Shown here: positions 53,235 to 62,751 of the stretch, piece by piece
Numbering within the stretch: position 1 is the stretch's first letter
Layout: every line of letters starts with the position of its first letter
Source: Spirochaetia bacterium
GTDB lineage: Bacteria; Spirochaetota; Spirochaetia; UBA9216
Reading direction: 5' to 3'
Assembly: GCA_963677925.2 (NCBI GenBank)
Contig: CAXXYH010000003.1
Span: 160,001-224,000 of the forward strand
Length of the DNA stretch: 64,000 nt
Translations under genes and position numbers: made by a program
The notes under the pieces: generated by a model
Databases searched by the model: none
What the model was told of the DNA's origin: nothing
The model's input: only the letters and a program-made list of their open reading frames with translations

Positions 53235-53803
53235 AACTTTTTTTCCATTTTGTTCTTGCGAATTTCTCCAACACCTATCTGCTGGGGCCGTCGGAGGGCG
53301 GTAATGCGATTATTATTGATCCTGGCGTAATGGATATACCGCTTTTAAAACAGATAGAGAACAATAATTTCTATATAAAACATATTCTAGTAACTCACAA
53401 TCACAAGTCTCATGTTAATGGAATAAAGACACTTAAAAAGATCTATGATGCTGATATTTACAGTAATATGGAATTACCCTTCGACATGAAAATCAATCAG
53501 ATTAATGATTCCGATATCCTTCATCTTGATGACTTCATTGTTAATGTGATCAATGTTCCCGGACATTCTGCTGATTCAATGTTATTCCGCATTCAGAATA
53601 TGCTTTTTACAGGTGATGTGATATATGCCGGCAGTCTGGATGACGGACTTTCGAGGATTGCAGAAGAACAGCTTAAAGCAAACATAAAGGACAAGATTTT
53701 CGGACTGGAAGACGATCTGCTGATTTTTCCCGGCCATGGTGCACCGACTACTATAAAAGCCGAGAAAATGTTTAATCCCTTTTTGAAAGATCCTTTAGAA
53801 TAA
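53231..53803 (+). CDS. MBL-fold metallo-hydrolase (glyoxalase II/YcbL-like)
   Basis: NTYL, IIDPG, THNHKSH, PGHS, FTGD, FPGHG, E..FNPF; ATGA overlap with the upstream gene. Confidence 0.85.
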   Translation: MKLFFHFVLANFSNTYLLGPSEGGNAIIIDPGVMDIPLLKQIENNNFYIKHILVTHNHKSHVNGIKTLKKIYDADIYSNMELPFDMKINQINDSDILHLDDFIVNVINVPGHSADSMLFRIQNMLFTGDVIYAGSLDDGLSRIAEEQLKANIKDKIFGLEDDLLIFPGHGAPTTIKAEKMFNPFLKDPLE

Positions 53804-54695
53804 GTTTAAAACGCTCAGGCAGAGGTGCTCTGAAAACAGATTCTTTAAACTTCCCATCCTCTGGCACTCTGATTCTGAGTCTATAAGCATGGAGTGACAG
53901 ACCGAAGCCGAAGGGATCCTTTCTCGAAGAATAAATCGGGTCTCCGCATATCGGTGTGCCCATACTCTTCATATGAACACGCAATTGATGTGTACGTCCG
54001 GTTTTGGGATAAAGTGCTACAAATGAGTATTGGTCAAATACTTTCAGGACCCTGTATTCAGTATGGGCCTCACGCCCGGAATCAGTCCTGACAGTCATTT
54101 TTTTTCTATCGTTCCGATCCCTGTTTATCAGTGTTTTAATTTCACCTTTAACAGCGGGAAGTCTTCCGTGAATGACAGCAAGGTATGTTTTTCTTGCTCT
54201 TCTTTCACGAAACTCATCAGAGAGAAAATGCATTGATGAAGTATTTTTAGCAGTAATAAGGATACCCGAGGTATCCTTATCAAGCCGATGCACTATTCCG
54301 GGTCTTGTATCATCTTCAGTGAAATCACTCTCAGCTTTACACAAATAATACTTCAACCCCTGTGCAAGCGTACCAGTATAATTACCGGCAGCAGGATGCA
54401 CCACCATACCTGAAGGCTTGTTTATTACTATCACATTCTCATTTTCATAGACGATATCAAAATCAATTTTTTCTGCCTTGATTTCTGTAGACACCTCATC
54501 GGCGATTTCATAGGAAATCAAATCTCCAGACTGAACTTTCCGGGATAATTTAATATCCCTGCCATTACACTTAAGATTTTCAAGTCTGTTTTTAAGGCTG
54601 CTTCTGCTGAGATTTTTATCGAGATCTGTAATAAGAATATCGACTCTTTCAGGTCTGCTGATATCCGGAACTCTAAAATTGAAGGATTTACTCAT
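53772..54695 (-). CDS. rluD: RluA family pseudouridine synthase (RluD-like, S4 domain)
   Basis: NKPSGMVVHP, RPGIVHRLDKDTSG, TGRTHQLRVH, PICGD..Y, LHA; ATG 54695. Confidence 0.88.
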   Translation of the reverse strand: MSKSFNFRVPDISRPERVDILITDLDKNLSRSSLKNRLENLKCNGRDIKLSRKVQSGDLISYEIADEVSTEIKAEKIDFDIVYENENVIVINKPSGMVVHPAAGNYTGTLAQGLKYYLCKAESDFTEDDTRPGIVHRLDKDTSGILITAKNTSSMHFLSDEFRERRARKTYLAVIHGRLPAVKGEIKTLINRDRNDRKKMTVRTDSGREAHTEYRVLKVFDQYSFVALYPKTGRTHQLRVHMKSMGTPICGDPIYSSRKDPFGFGLSLHAYRLRIRVPEDGKFKESVFRAPLPERFKLILKDLSKRD

Positions 54696-55110
54696 CTTTC
54701 TCAAATAATCCGATGATAAAATCAGCAAGGGCTGCTGTTGCGGACAGCCCGAGACTTATAATCATAATCTGCATATTTTCATCATTGCTAAGGTCAGTCG
54801 ACGATAAAAAACTGCTGAACGCATCTGCACCTGAATCACTGTTGTCGGTTACAGTTCTGTACACATTATACCCAAGGCTGGACAGAAGCACAGAAAGCGG
54901 GATTGTTCCTGCAAAAATAATTTCCGCTCTTCTCAGTTCATTAAGCCAGCCCGGAAACTCTTCATCAGAATAAGCTTCAGGCTCCTGTTCCTGGTCCTGT
55001 TCAGAAATCATTTCATCGCTGTCATCAATACTTGCACATGACAGGAAGTTAATGCTTAATACAGATATTATCAGAAGTAAAACGGTTGTTTTTTTTAATA
55101 ATAAACTCAT
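54688..55110 (-). CDS. Hypothetical lipoprotein/membrane protein
   Basis: Lipobox NFLS-C, acidic linker, RRAEIIFAG.IP and two hydrophobic helices. Confidence 0.6.
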   Translation of the reverse strand: MSLLLKKTTVLLLIISVLSINFLSCASIDDSDEMISEQDQEQEPEAYSDEEFPGWLNELRRAEIIFAGTIPLSVLLSSLGYNVYRTVTDNSDSGADAFSSFLSSTDLSNDENMQIMIISLGLSATAALADFIIGLFEKDE

Positions 55111-55118
55111 AAAGTATA

Positions 55119-55820
55119 TTACCGGCCTCCGAAGATCGCAGTCCCAACCCTGATAAGGGTGCTGCCTTCTTCAATGGCAATCCTGAAGTCAGAAGACATT
55201 CCCATTGAAAGTGTATCAAAAGCATCAAGATTAATTTGAGTTTTTATTTTCTCATAATATTCATACAGTGTTCTGAAAGATTTTCTTACTGCTGCCTGCT
55301 CATGAGTAAAAGGTGCAATAGTCATAAGTCCTCTGATATTAAGCATCTCAAGCCCAAGATAATCTTCAATATCAGACAGTACAGATTCAAAACTGTGATA
55401 ACCGTCTTTTGAATATTCACCGGATGTATTAATCTCAATAAGATAATCAATTTTTCTGCCGGCTGATAAAGCCTTTTTATTCAGCTCTTTAGCAGTATTG
55501 AGTTTATCAATCGACTGAACACAGTCAACATTCTCTGCTGCGGCTTTCGCCTTATTACTCTGAAGATGACCAATCATATGAAGTTCAAGATCCGCCGGAA
55601 GTAAAGGCTTTTTTTCGATTATTTCCTGGATTCTGTTTTCACCGAAAAGCCGGTGTCCTGCCTGATATGCAGCAAGCAGATCTTCAACAGGTTTTGTTTT
55701 GGAAACCGCCATCAATCTGATCTCAGATGGTTTCCGTCCTGCTCCGTCAGCTGCTTTTGAAATATCGTCATTAATCTTTTCAATTTTGTTTTTTATGTCT
55801 ATGGCTCTGTCGTTCAGCAT
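55119..55820 (-). CDS. yggS: YggS family pyridoxal phosphate homeostasis protein
   Basis: LMAVSKT, FGENRIQE, HMIGHLQSNK, GLMT, LSMGMSSD, RVGTAIFG. Confidence 0.94.
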   Translation of the reverse strand: MLNDRAIDIKNKIEKINDDISKAADGAGRKPSEIRLMAVSKTKPVEDLLAAYQAGHRLFGENRIQEIIEKKPLLPADLELHMIGHLQSNKAKAAAENVDCVQSIDKLNTAKELNKKALSAGRKIDYLIEINTSGEYSKDGYHSFESVLSDIEDYLGLEMLNIRGLMTIAPFTHEQAAVRKSFRTLYEYYEKIKTQINLDAFDTLSMGMSSDFRIAIEEGSTLIRVGTAIFGGR

Positions 55821-55962
55821 ATGTTTATTCTATTCGTATTTTAATCTAATTACAATATTAAGTACAAATGCAGAAAATCTAATTTTGATTTTGAATGGAC
55901 AACATTCTATGTATTGATATAATAATTCCATTATTGACATTAAAAATATAACGGGATTTAAA

Positions 55963-56790
55963 ATGAAAAAACTTTTACTTATTTTTGTATCTTTTATCTT
56001 TATTAACTCTGCAGTATTCTGCCAATCACAAAAAACAATAACAATTATCGATTTCCAGACCAGCAACGTTTCAGAACAGGAAATGAATCTGATAGTTGAT
56101 TTACTTAATATAACTATTAATCGCTATGACTATTTTACAGTTATAGACCGGAACATGAGAGAGTCGGCACTTTACGGTACATCTTACACAAATCAGGAAT
56201 GTACTGATGATACATGTGCAATAGAAATTGCAAGGCTTATTTCTGCGGACGAAGTTATTACCGGAAGCCTTGGAAGTGTGGGAAGCCGTTATATTCTAAC
56301 GATGAAACTTGTAAATGTTGCTGATATTGAAATAATTAAGGATACATCCGGGGTTTTTGACAGTCTTGATGAGCTCGTAGATAACTGCAGTTTGCTTGCA
56401 GGGGAACTTTTAAATCAGAATCAAAGCCAGGCTTCCTCAAGCGGTTCTCAAAACCCTGCTGACACTTCTTCAGCTTATGTAAAAAGGTATTTCTGGGGTG
56501 AGGGAGATGAAAAAGTCCAGCTTACTAAAACAATGTATAACAGGGCAAAAAGAAACCAGTACACCCGAATCGGCATGTGGGGCTGCTACAGCGTCGGAAT
56601 TGCCTGTACAGCTGCAGATATCGGAATACTTCTTCTAGCGGGTGGAAGTCTTGGCGATCTTAATGAAATTGAGATGGTTTTAATGTCTTACGGCATTATC
56701 TACGGACTGCTCGGCTACATTGGAGGTGCAGTTCTTCAGTGGGGAATAGAAGAAATTTATGATGTAGACGGGAATCTGACTGATTTTTAA
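55963..56790 (+). CDS. Secreted protein with CsgG/TolB-N-like domain and C-terminal hydrophobic hairpin
   Basis: Signal peptide; IIDF, VIDR, C....CAIEIARLISADEVITGSL..VG..Y.L..KLV.V; S/Q linker; two hydrophobic helices. Confidence 0.6.
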   Translation: MKKLLLIFVSFIFINSAVFCQSQKTITIIDFQTSNVSEQEMNLIVDLLNITINRYDYFTVIDRNMRESALYGTSYTNQECTDDTCAIEIARLISADEVITGSLGSVGSRYILTMKLVNVADIEIIKDTSGVFDSLDELVDNCSLLAGELLNQNQSQASSSGSQNPADTSSAYVKRYFWGEGDEKVQLTKTMYNRAKRNQYTRIGMWGCYSVGIACTAADIGILLLAGGSLGDLNEIEMVLMSYGIIYGLLGYIGGAVLQWGIEEIYDVDGNLTDF

Positions 56791-56808
56791 TTGTCTAAAT
56801 CAATTGAA

Positions 56809-56839
56809 TAAAAAAAAGGACTACCTGTTAAGGTAGTCC
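56809..56839 (-). terminator. Intrinsic terminator downstream of tRNA-Val
   Basis: GGACTACCT-4 nt loop-AGGTAGTCC perfect stem followed by a T-tract on the minus strand. Confidence 0.8.
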
Positions 56840-56842
56840 ACA

Positions 56843-56915
<73 letters not shown>

Positions 56916-56933
56916 GTGCTCGTTGCGAGAATG

Positions 56934-56963
56934 AAAATAGCATAGTATCCATTTTTTTGTCAA
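56934..56963 (-). promoter_or_regulatory. Putative sigma70 promoter of tRNA-Val
   Basis: TTGACA (56963-56958), 18 bp spacer, TG-c-TATTTT (56939-56934). Confidence 0.55.
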
Positions 56964-57053
56964 TAAGATTACAGAAATTATTTATAAAATATTGTTTTTA
57001 CATCCTCTTTAAAAAAAATAATGATCTGTGATATTATGCGCGCGGAGACAATA

Positions 57054-59087
57054 ATGACAGCAGAGAACATGAGAAATATCGGTATAATGGCACACATTGA
57101 TGCCGGAAAAACGACAACAACAGAGCGAATACTCTTTTATACCGGGAAAAGCCACCGTATAGGTGAAGTAGATGACGGTGAAGCTACAATGGACTGGATG
57201 GAGCAGGAACAGAACCGGGGCATCACCATCGTATCAGCAGCCACAACATGTTTCTGGAAGGATAAGCAGATAAATATTATCGACACTCCGGGTCATGTTG
57301 ATTTTACCGCTGAAGTTGAACGCTCTCTACGTGTTCTAGACGGTGCTGTAGCCATTTTCTGTGCTGTCGGCGGTGTTGAGCCGCAGTCTGAAACTGTGTG
57401 GCATCAGGCTGACACCTACAATGTTTCCAGAATTGCCTATATCAACAAGATGGACCGTATAGGTGCAGATTTTTTTGATGTACTTACTGAAATTGAAGAA
57501 AAACTGGGAGCTGTCCCGGTACCATTGTATCTGCCCATCGGAGCAGAGTCCGGCTTTAAGGGGATTATAGATCTTCTCAATATGAGAGAAATATACTGGC
57601 CTGAAGATCCGGCAGCAGAACTGATATACAAAGAGATCTCTCCTGAAAATACAGAACTGGCTTCAGAGTGGAGAGAGAAGCTTATAGATAAACTCGGTGA
57701 AGTAAGCGATGAGGTAACCGAGCTATATCTTGAAGGCGAGGATATTCCTGTTGAACTTATTAATAAAGTGTTAAGGAAGGTAGTTCTTGATCAGAGTTTT
57801 CTGCCCGTTTTTGTTGGAGCTTCCTTAAGGAATATCGGAGTACAGCCTCTGCTTGACGGTATTGTCGAATATCTCCCTGCTCCAGGGGATCTTCCAGCGA
57901 TAACCGGCCATTCCGTCAAAAACGAAAGCGAAGTAACAGTTGACCGAAGTGATGACGGGAATCCGCTTGCCCTCGTTTTTAAGATTCAGAATGATCGTGA
58001 AGCCGGTCCTATGTGTTATGTCCGCGTTTATTCCGGAGTTATCAAAAAAGGTACTGCAGTCTACAATATGAACAAACGTAAAAGAGAGCGTATAAACCGT
58101 ATTTTACGTATGCATTCAAATACTTCCGAAGACCTGTCATCTCTTGCAGCCGGAGAAATCGGTGTAATAATCGGTATGAAAGATGCTCAGACAGGAGACA
58201 CCATAGGAAGCGAGGGGCATCAGGTTCTGCTGGAAAACCTGCATTTCCCTGAACCTGTAATTTCTGTCGCAATTGAACCGAAATCCATGTCTGATATGGA
58301 CAAACTGAAAAAGACCCTGGACAACCTTACAAGGGAAGACCCGACCTTCATAGTTAAAGAAAATGAGGAAACCGGACAGCTTGTTATATCAGGAATGGGA
58401 GAGCTGCATCTTGATGTTCTTGTTACGAGAATAGTAGATGACTATAGAGTTGCTGCCAAAATCGGTAATCCTCAGGTATCTTACAGAGAAACAATTACAC
58501 AGGAATATATTCATACCGAAAAATTCCATAAGGTTATGGCCGGTAAAGATAATACAGCAGAACTTACCATAAGGGTTAAACCCTCTGAACGCGGAGCCGG
58601 CAACCAGTTCTCCAGCCTTGTTACAGAAAAAAATCTGCCCCGTGAATATCTTGATGCCATCCGTCGCGGAATTGAAAATTCCTTTTCAGGCGGTATCATG
58701 TACGGATACCCCGGTATTGATGTAAGTGTAGTGCTTGAATCTGCCGTATACAATGAAATGACATCTACAGCCTTTGCCTTTGAGGCTGCAGCAGCTATGG
58801 GTTTTGATGAAGCCTGCCGAAATGCTGGCCCCGTCCTTCTTGAGCCAGTCATGAAAGTAGGTATCCTCTGCCCGAAAGACTACATTGGAGAGGTAATAAA
58901 CAATGTGACAGTCCGCGGCGGAATAGTGCACAGCCTTGAAAGCCGTACCGCTATTGAACATCTTAATGTTGAAGCGCCTCTTTCAAAGATGTTCGGGTAC
59001 TCAACAGTACTTCGAAGCCTTACTCAGGGTCGAGGCACTTTCTCTATGGAATTCAGCCACTTTGCACCCAAGGAAGGGGGAATATAA
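57054..59087 (+). CDS. fusA: Elongation factor G paralogue, probably spdEFG2 (ribosome-recycling type)
   Basis: Intact G domain ([26 protein letters not shown]) but divergent domain IV loops; GGAG RBS before ATG 57054. Confidence 0.88.
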   Translation: MTAENMRNIGIMAHIDAGKTTTTERILFYTGKSHRIGEVDDGEATMDWMEQEQNRGITIVSAATTCFWKDKQINIIDTPGHVDFTAEVERSLRVLDGAVAIFCAVGGVEPQSETVWHQADTYNVSRIAYINKMDRIGADFFDVLTEIEEKLGAVPVPLYLPIGAESGFKGIIDLLNMREIYWPEDPAAELIYKEISPENTELASEWREKLIDKLGEVSDEVTELYLEGEDIPVELINKVLRKVVLDQSFLPVFVGASLRNIGVQPLLDGIVEYLPAPGDLPAITGHSVKNESEVTVDRSDDGNPLALVFKIQNDREAGPMCYVRVYSGVIKKGTAVYNMNKRKRERINRILRMHSNTSEDLSSLAAGEIGVIIGMKDAQTGDTIGSEGHQVLLENLHFPEPVISVAIEPKSMSDMDKLKKTLDNLTREDPTFIVKENEETGQLVISGMGELHLDVLVTRIVDDYRVAAKIGNPQVSYRETITQEYIHTEKFHKVMAGKDNTAELTIRVKPSERGAGNQFSSLVTEKNLPREYLDAIRRGIENSFSGGIMYGYPGIDVSVVLESAVYNEMTSTAFAFEAAAAMGFDEACRNAGPVLLEPVMKVGILCPKDYIGEVINNVTVRGGIVHSLESRTAIEHLNVEAPLSKMFGYSTVLRSLTQGRGTFSMEFSHFAPKEGGI

Positions 59088-59146
59088 TCTCGATAAAATC
59101 GAGATTATATTCTGAATAAAACGTGATAAGAATCACGTTTTATTCA
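59080..59146. repeat. Two abutting perfect 15-bp inverted repeats
   Basis: GAATATAATCTCGAT-aaa-ATCGAGATTATATTC (59080-59112) immediately followed by TGAATAAAACGTGAT-aaga-ATCACGTTTTATTCA (59113-59146). Confidence 0.9.
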
Positions 59147-59282
59147 TGGAATATTTTTCAAATAAGATTAACCCAGTGATTTAATAAATGTGACAGATCA
59201 CATATTCTTTCGTGGAATATTTTTTCACTACGATTTAATTAACAGAGTTTTAACACCCGCCTCACCGTCTTCTAATTAATTC

Positions 59283-59311
59283 TTGACGGCTGAAAAAATC
59301 ACGTCTATAGT
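59283..59311 (+). promoter_or_regulatory. Near-consensus sigma70 promoter of the second EF-G gene
   Basis: TTGACG (59283-59288), 17 bp spacer, TATAGT (59306-59311); AAGGAG RBS at 59332-59337. Confidence 0.7.
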
Positions 59312-59342
59312 TAATTATCCAACCTCACAACAAGGAGCAAAC

Positions 59343-61421
59343 ATGAGTTTCCCAACAAATGCCATCAGAAACATTGCACTCGCCGGTCATGGCAGTACAG
59401 GAAAAACAACCGTGGTTGAGCAGATGCTCTTTAACGGTAACGTTATCTCAAAGGCTGAAAGTGTTGACAACGGGAAAACTGTCAGCGATTTTTCAGAGGA
59501 GGAGATTAATAGAAAAATTTCAATTCACACAAGTCTCTCAAATATTGTCTGGAAAGAAAAACAGATTAATATTCTGGATACTCCCGGTGCTTCAGACTTC
59601 GTAGGTGAAGTAGTTGCAGCATTCCGATCTGCAGAAACCGCTATAATGCTGGTCTCCGCTGATGCAGGAGTTCAGATTGAAACCCTCAAACTCTGGCGAC
59701 GCCTGAATGCGCGCAATAAACCAAGAGTAGCTTTTATCAACAAAATGGATAAGGATCGTGCAGATTTTGATTCCTGCTTTGCTGACCTTAAAGATAAATT
59801 CAAACTTCCGCTTGTTCCTGTAACCATTCCAATTGGATCAGGAAGCAATTATAAAGGTATAATAAACCTTATTGAAAATAAAGCTTATCTCATACCGGAA
59901 GCCGGCGGCAAAGAAAAGGCTACCGATATTCCGGAAGATATGAAAGATATTGTCGAAGAATACCGTCTTCTTACAATTGAATCAGCAGCAGAGGGTGATG
60001 ATGACCTTCTGGAAAAATATTTTGCAGAAGGGACTCTCAGCGAAGATGAAATAAGACACGGCCTGAATGAAGGTCTTGTAAGTAATAAAATTGTTCCCGT
60101 TCTCTGCGGTGCAGCCACAATGAACAGCGGTCTTGCATCCCTGCTTAATTTTATTGCTAATAATGCACCTAATCCTGAAGGTCTTAATGAACCGGCATTA
60201 AATGAGAATGAGGAAGAAGTTGAAGTTAAATATGATGCTTCCAAGCCTGTATCTCTCATGGTTTTTAAAACAACCATTGATCAGTTCTCCGGACGGCTAT
60301 CATATATTAAGGTTATTACCGGTAAATTCAATTCCGAATCTGAAATACATAATGTTAAGGACAATAAAAAGGAAAGAATTTCCAAACTTTACAAGGCTCA
60401 GGGTAAAAAACTGATTGAAGTGAGCGAGTTAATTGCAGGCGACATAGGGATAATGGCTAAAGTTGAAGGCGCAAACACTAATGACACATACTGTGCAGCT
60501 GATATAAAATATCATTTCGTGCCGCTAAAACTCCCCCAGCCTGTTCATTCTGTTGCAATATCAGCTGAGAGTAAAAAAGAAGAAGACAAGCTCAATCAGT
60601 TCCTTCACAAGGCTGCTGATCAGGATCTTACATTTCAGATTAAATACAATACGGAAACAAAAGAAACTGTTGTTTCCTGTATGGGTGAACTTCAGCTTAA
60701 TATCGTTCTGGATAATGTTCGCGATAAGGGCAAGGTTGCTGTTGAAATCAGAAAACCAAGGATAGCTTATCGGGAATCGATAACAAAACCTGCAAACGCT
60801 GAATATACCCATAAAAAACAGTCCGGAGGACATGGTCAGTACGGCCGTGTTGTAATGGAAATCAAGCCTATTGAACGCGGTGAATACATGCGTTTTGAAA
60901 ACGCAATCAAAGGCGGATCAATTTCAAAAGGATATATGCCTGGAATTGAAAAAGGTATTCTTGAGGCGATGGAGGAAGGTTTTCTTGCCGGCTACCCTGT
61001 AGTAGATCTTGAAGCAAGAATTATCGACGGTAAAGAGCATCCTGTAGATTCTTCGGAAATGGCTTTCAAACTTGCAGGAAAGGGCGCGCTTAAAGCCGCT
61101 TTTGAAAAAGCCGGAGTCAAACTTCTTGAACCAATAATGAATCTTAAAGTTTTCTGTGAAGAACAGTATATGGGCGACATATTATCGGATCTCAGCTCAA
61201 AACGCGGAAAGGTATCAGGACAGGAACCTCTTGGAGGCGGAATTCTTGAAATAGATGCTCAGGTACCTCAGGGTGAAATGCTGAACTACTCTGTAGATTT
61301 ACGCTCCATAACTTCCGGTACCGCTTCATTCGAAATGGAGTTCGATCACTACACTCCAATTTCCGGACCTATTGCTGATAAGGTAATCGCAGAATCAAAG
61401 GCGCACAAAGAAGAGGAATAA
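59343..61421 (+). CDS. fusA: Elongation factor G-like protein (EF-G II type)
   Basis: Divergent G motifs (GHGSTGKTT, RKISI, DTPGASDF, NKMD), intact domain IV (KKQSGGHGQYG, HPVDSSEMAF) and domain V; ATG 59343. Confidence 0.88.
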   Translation: MSFPTNAIRNIALAGHGSTGKTTVVEQMLFNGNVISKAESVDNGKTVSDFSEEEINRKISIHTSLSNIVWKEKQINILDTPGASDFVGEVVAAFRSAETAIMLVSADAGVQIETLKLWRRLNARNKPRVAFINKMDKDRADFDSCFADLKDKFKLPLVPVTIPIGSGSNYKGIINLIENKAYLIPEAGGKEKATDIPEDMKDIVEEYRLLTIESAAEGDDDLLEKYFAEGTLSEDEIRHGLNEGLVSNKIVPVLCGAATMNSGLASLLNFIANNAPNPEGLNEPALNENEEEVEVKYDASKPVSLMVFKTTIDQFSGRLSYIKVITGKFNSESEIHNVKDNKKERISKLYKAQGKKLIEVSELIAGDIGIMAKVEGANTNDTYCAADIKYHFVPLKLPQPVHSVAISAESKKEEDKLNQFLHKAADQDLTFQIKYNTETKETVVSCMGELQLNIVLDNVRDKGKVAVEIRKPRIAYRESITKPANAEYTHKKQSGGHGQYGRVVMEIKPIERGEYMRFENAIKGGSISKGYMPGIEKGILEAMEEGFLAGYPVVDLEARIIDGKEHPVDSSEMAFKLAGKGALKAAFEKAGVKLLEPIMNLKVFCEEQYMGDILSDLSSKRGKVSGQEPLGGGILEIDAQVPQGEMLNYSVDLRSITSGTASFEMEFDHYTPISGPIADKVIAESKAHKEEE

Positions 61422-61452
61422 CAGCCTTCCTTTTATAGTTACAGTAATTATT

Positions 61453-61488
61453 GCAGGATAGAACAATTGTTCTATCCTGCTTTTTTTT
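61453..61488 (+). terminator. Intrinsic terminator after EF-G II, convergent with pdhC
   Basis: Perfect 28-bp palindrome GCAGGATAGAACAATTGTTCTATCCTGC followed by T8. Confidence 0.85.
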
Positions 61489-62737
61489 AAAGCAATGCTT
61501 CTACCGGGGATTCAAGCATTGACTTGAGATCTGCCAGAAATGCCGCTCCATCTGCACCATCTATAACCCTGTGATCACAGGACAGGGACAGTTTCATCAT
61601 TGGTTTTATTGTAATTATATCCTCGCCTACTTCATCCTGAACGACAACCGGTTTCTTTATTATCGCTCCGATTGCAAGAATAGAAGCTCCGGGCGGATTT
61701 ATAATTGCTGTAAAATTCTCAATACCAAAACCTCCAAGATTACTTATGCTGAATCCTGCTCCTGAATACTCTTCAGGCTTGATAGTACCGCTTTTAGCAC
61801 GATCTGCAAGTCTTTTAAACTCAGAATCGATTTCCAGTATTCCCATCCTGTCTGTATTTTTTATAACAGGAGCAATAAGCCCCTGGTCAAGAGCGACGGC
61901 AAATCCAACATTAACTGCTCCAAACTGAATAATAGAATCACCGTTCCAGCTGCTGTTTATAACAGGATGCCGTTTTAAAGCTGCTGCGGCAATTTTAATT
62001 ATAAAAGAATTCATGGAAATTTTATTCCCGATTTTACGGTTAATTTCAGCACGGGCCTCTGTCAGTGCAGTCATATCTACAGAAACATTCAGATAGTAAT
62101 GCGGCGCAGAAAACTTGGACTCTGCAAGCCGGCGTGCAATTACCGATCGCATACCTGAAACAGGAATTTCTTTATCTGAATCCTGTGCTGCAATATAATT
62201 TCCTGCCGGAGCAGCTGCTCCGCCTTCCAGAACCGATTCAATATCACGTTTTATAATTCTTCCGTCTGTGCCGCTGCCGGTTACCGACCTGATTGGAATT
62301 CCGTGTTCCGAAGCAATCTTTTTGGCAAGAGGCGAAATTCTTATCCGTTTCCCGTCTGCAGCCACGTCACTCGCATATTTTTTTTCTGAGACCGGTTTAT
62401 CGTCCGTAGTCTTCACAGAAGGAGCAGTCTTATCTTCCGCAGCTGCGGCCTTCTTTGAAACTTCAGTCTTTTTCGTATCACTGATTTCTACAGTTTCACC
62501 TTCCTCGCCGTAATAGGCAATTACATCACCTACTTCAGCGGAACTGCCTTCAGGAAGAACAATTTTCAGTATATATGCATCGAAGTCGGATTCATAATCC
62601 ATAACTGCCTTATCTGTTTCCACTTCACATATTACATCACCGCTTTTTACAGCATCGCCCTCTTTTTTATTCCAGCTGACTATTCTGCCTTTCTCCATTG
62701 TAGGAGAAAGCGCCGCCATAAATAATTTTTCTGCCAT
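61487..62737 (-). CDS. pdhC: Pyruvate dehydrogenase E2, dihydrolipoamide acetyltransferase
   Basis: Lipoyl domain ALSPTM...EVETDKA, E3-binding SPLAKK..GSGTDGRI, catalytic DHRVIDGADGA. Confidence 0.92.
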   Translation of the reverse strand: MAEKLFMAALSPTMEKGRIVSWNKKEGDAVKSGDVICEVETDKAVMDYESDFDAYILKIVLPEGSSAEVGDVIAYYGEEGETVEISDTKKTEVSKKAAAAEDKTAPSVKTTDDKPVSEKKYASDVAADGKRIRISPLAKKIASEHGIPIRSVTGSGTDGRIIKRDIESVLEGGAAAPAGNYIAAQDSDKEIPVSGMRSVIARRLAESKFSAPHYYLNVSVDMTALTEARAEINRKIGNKISMNSFIIKIAAAALKRHPVINSSWNGDSIIQFGAVNVGFAVALDQGLIAPVIKNTDRMGILEIDSEFKRLADRAKSGTIKPEEYSGAGFSISNLGGFGIENFTAIINPPGASILAIGAIIKKPVVVQDEVGEDIITIKPMMKLSLSCDHRVIDGADGAAFLADLKSMLESPVEALL

Positions 62738-62751
62738 TCTGCTTCCTCCGT

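Noticed and set aside
53772-53803. 32-bp convergent overlap between the MBL hydrolase and rluD
   Set aside because: Short 3' overlaps are common in compact genomes, and I see no further structure
59080-59240. Mini-CRISPR interpretation of the palindromic repeats
   Set aside because: The units are not identical, there is no repeat-spacer periodicity and there are no cas genes in the window
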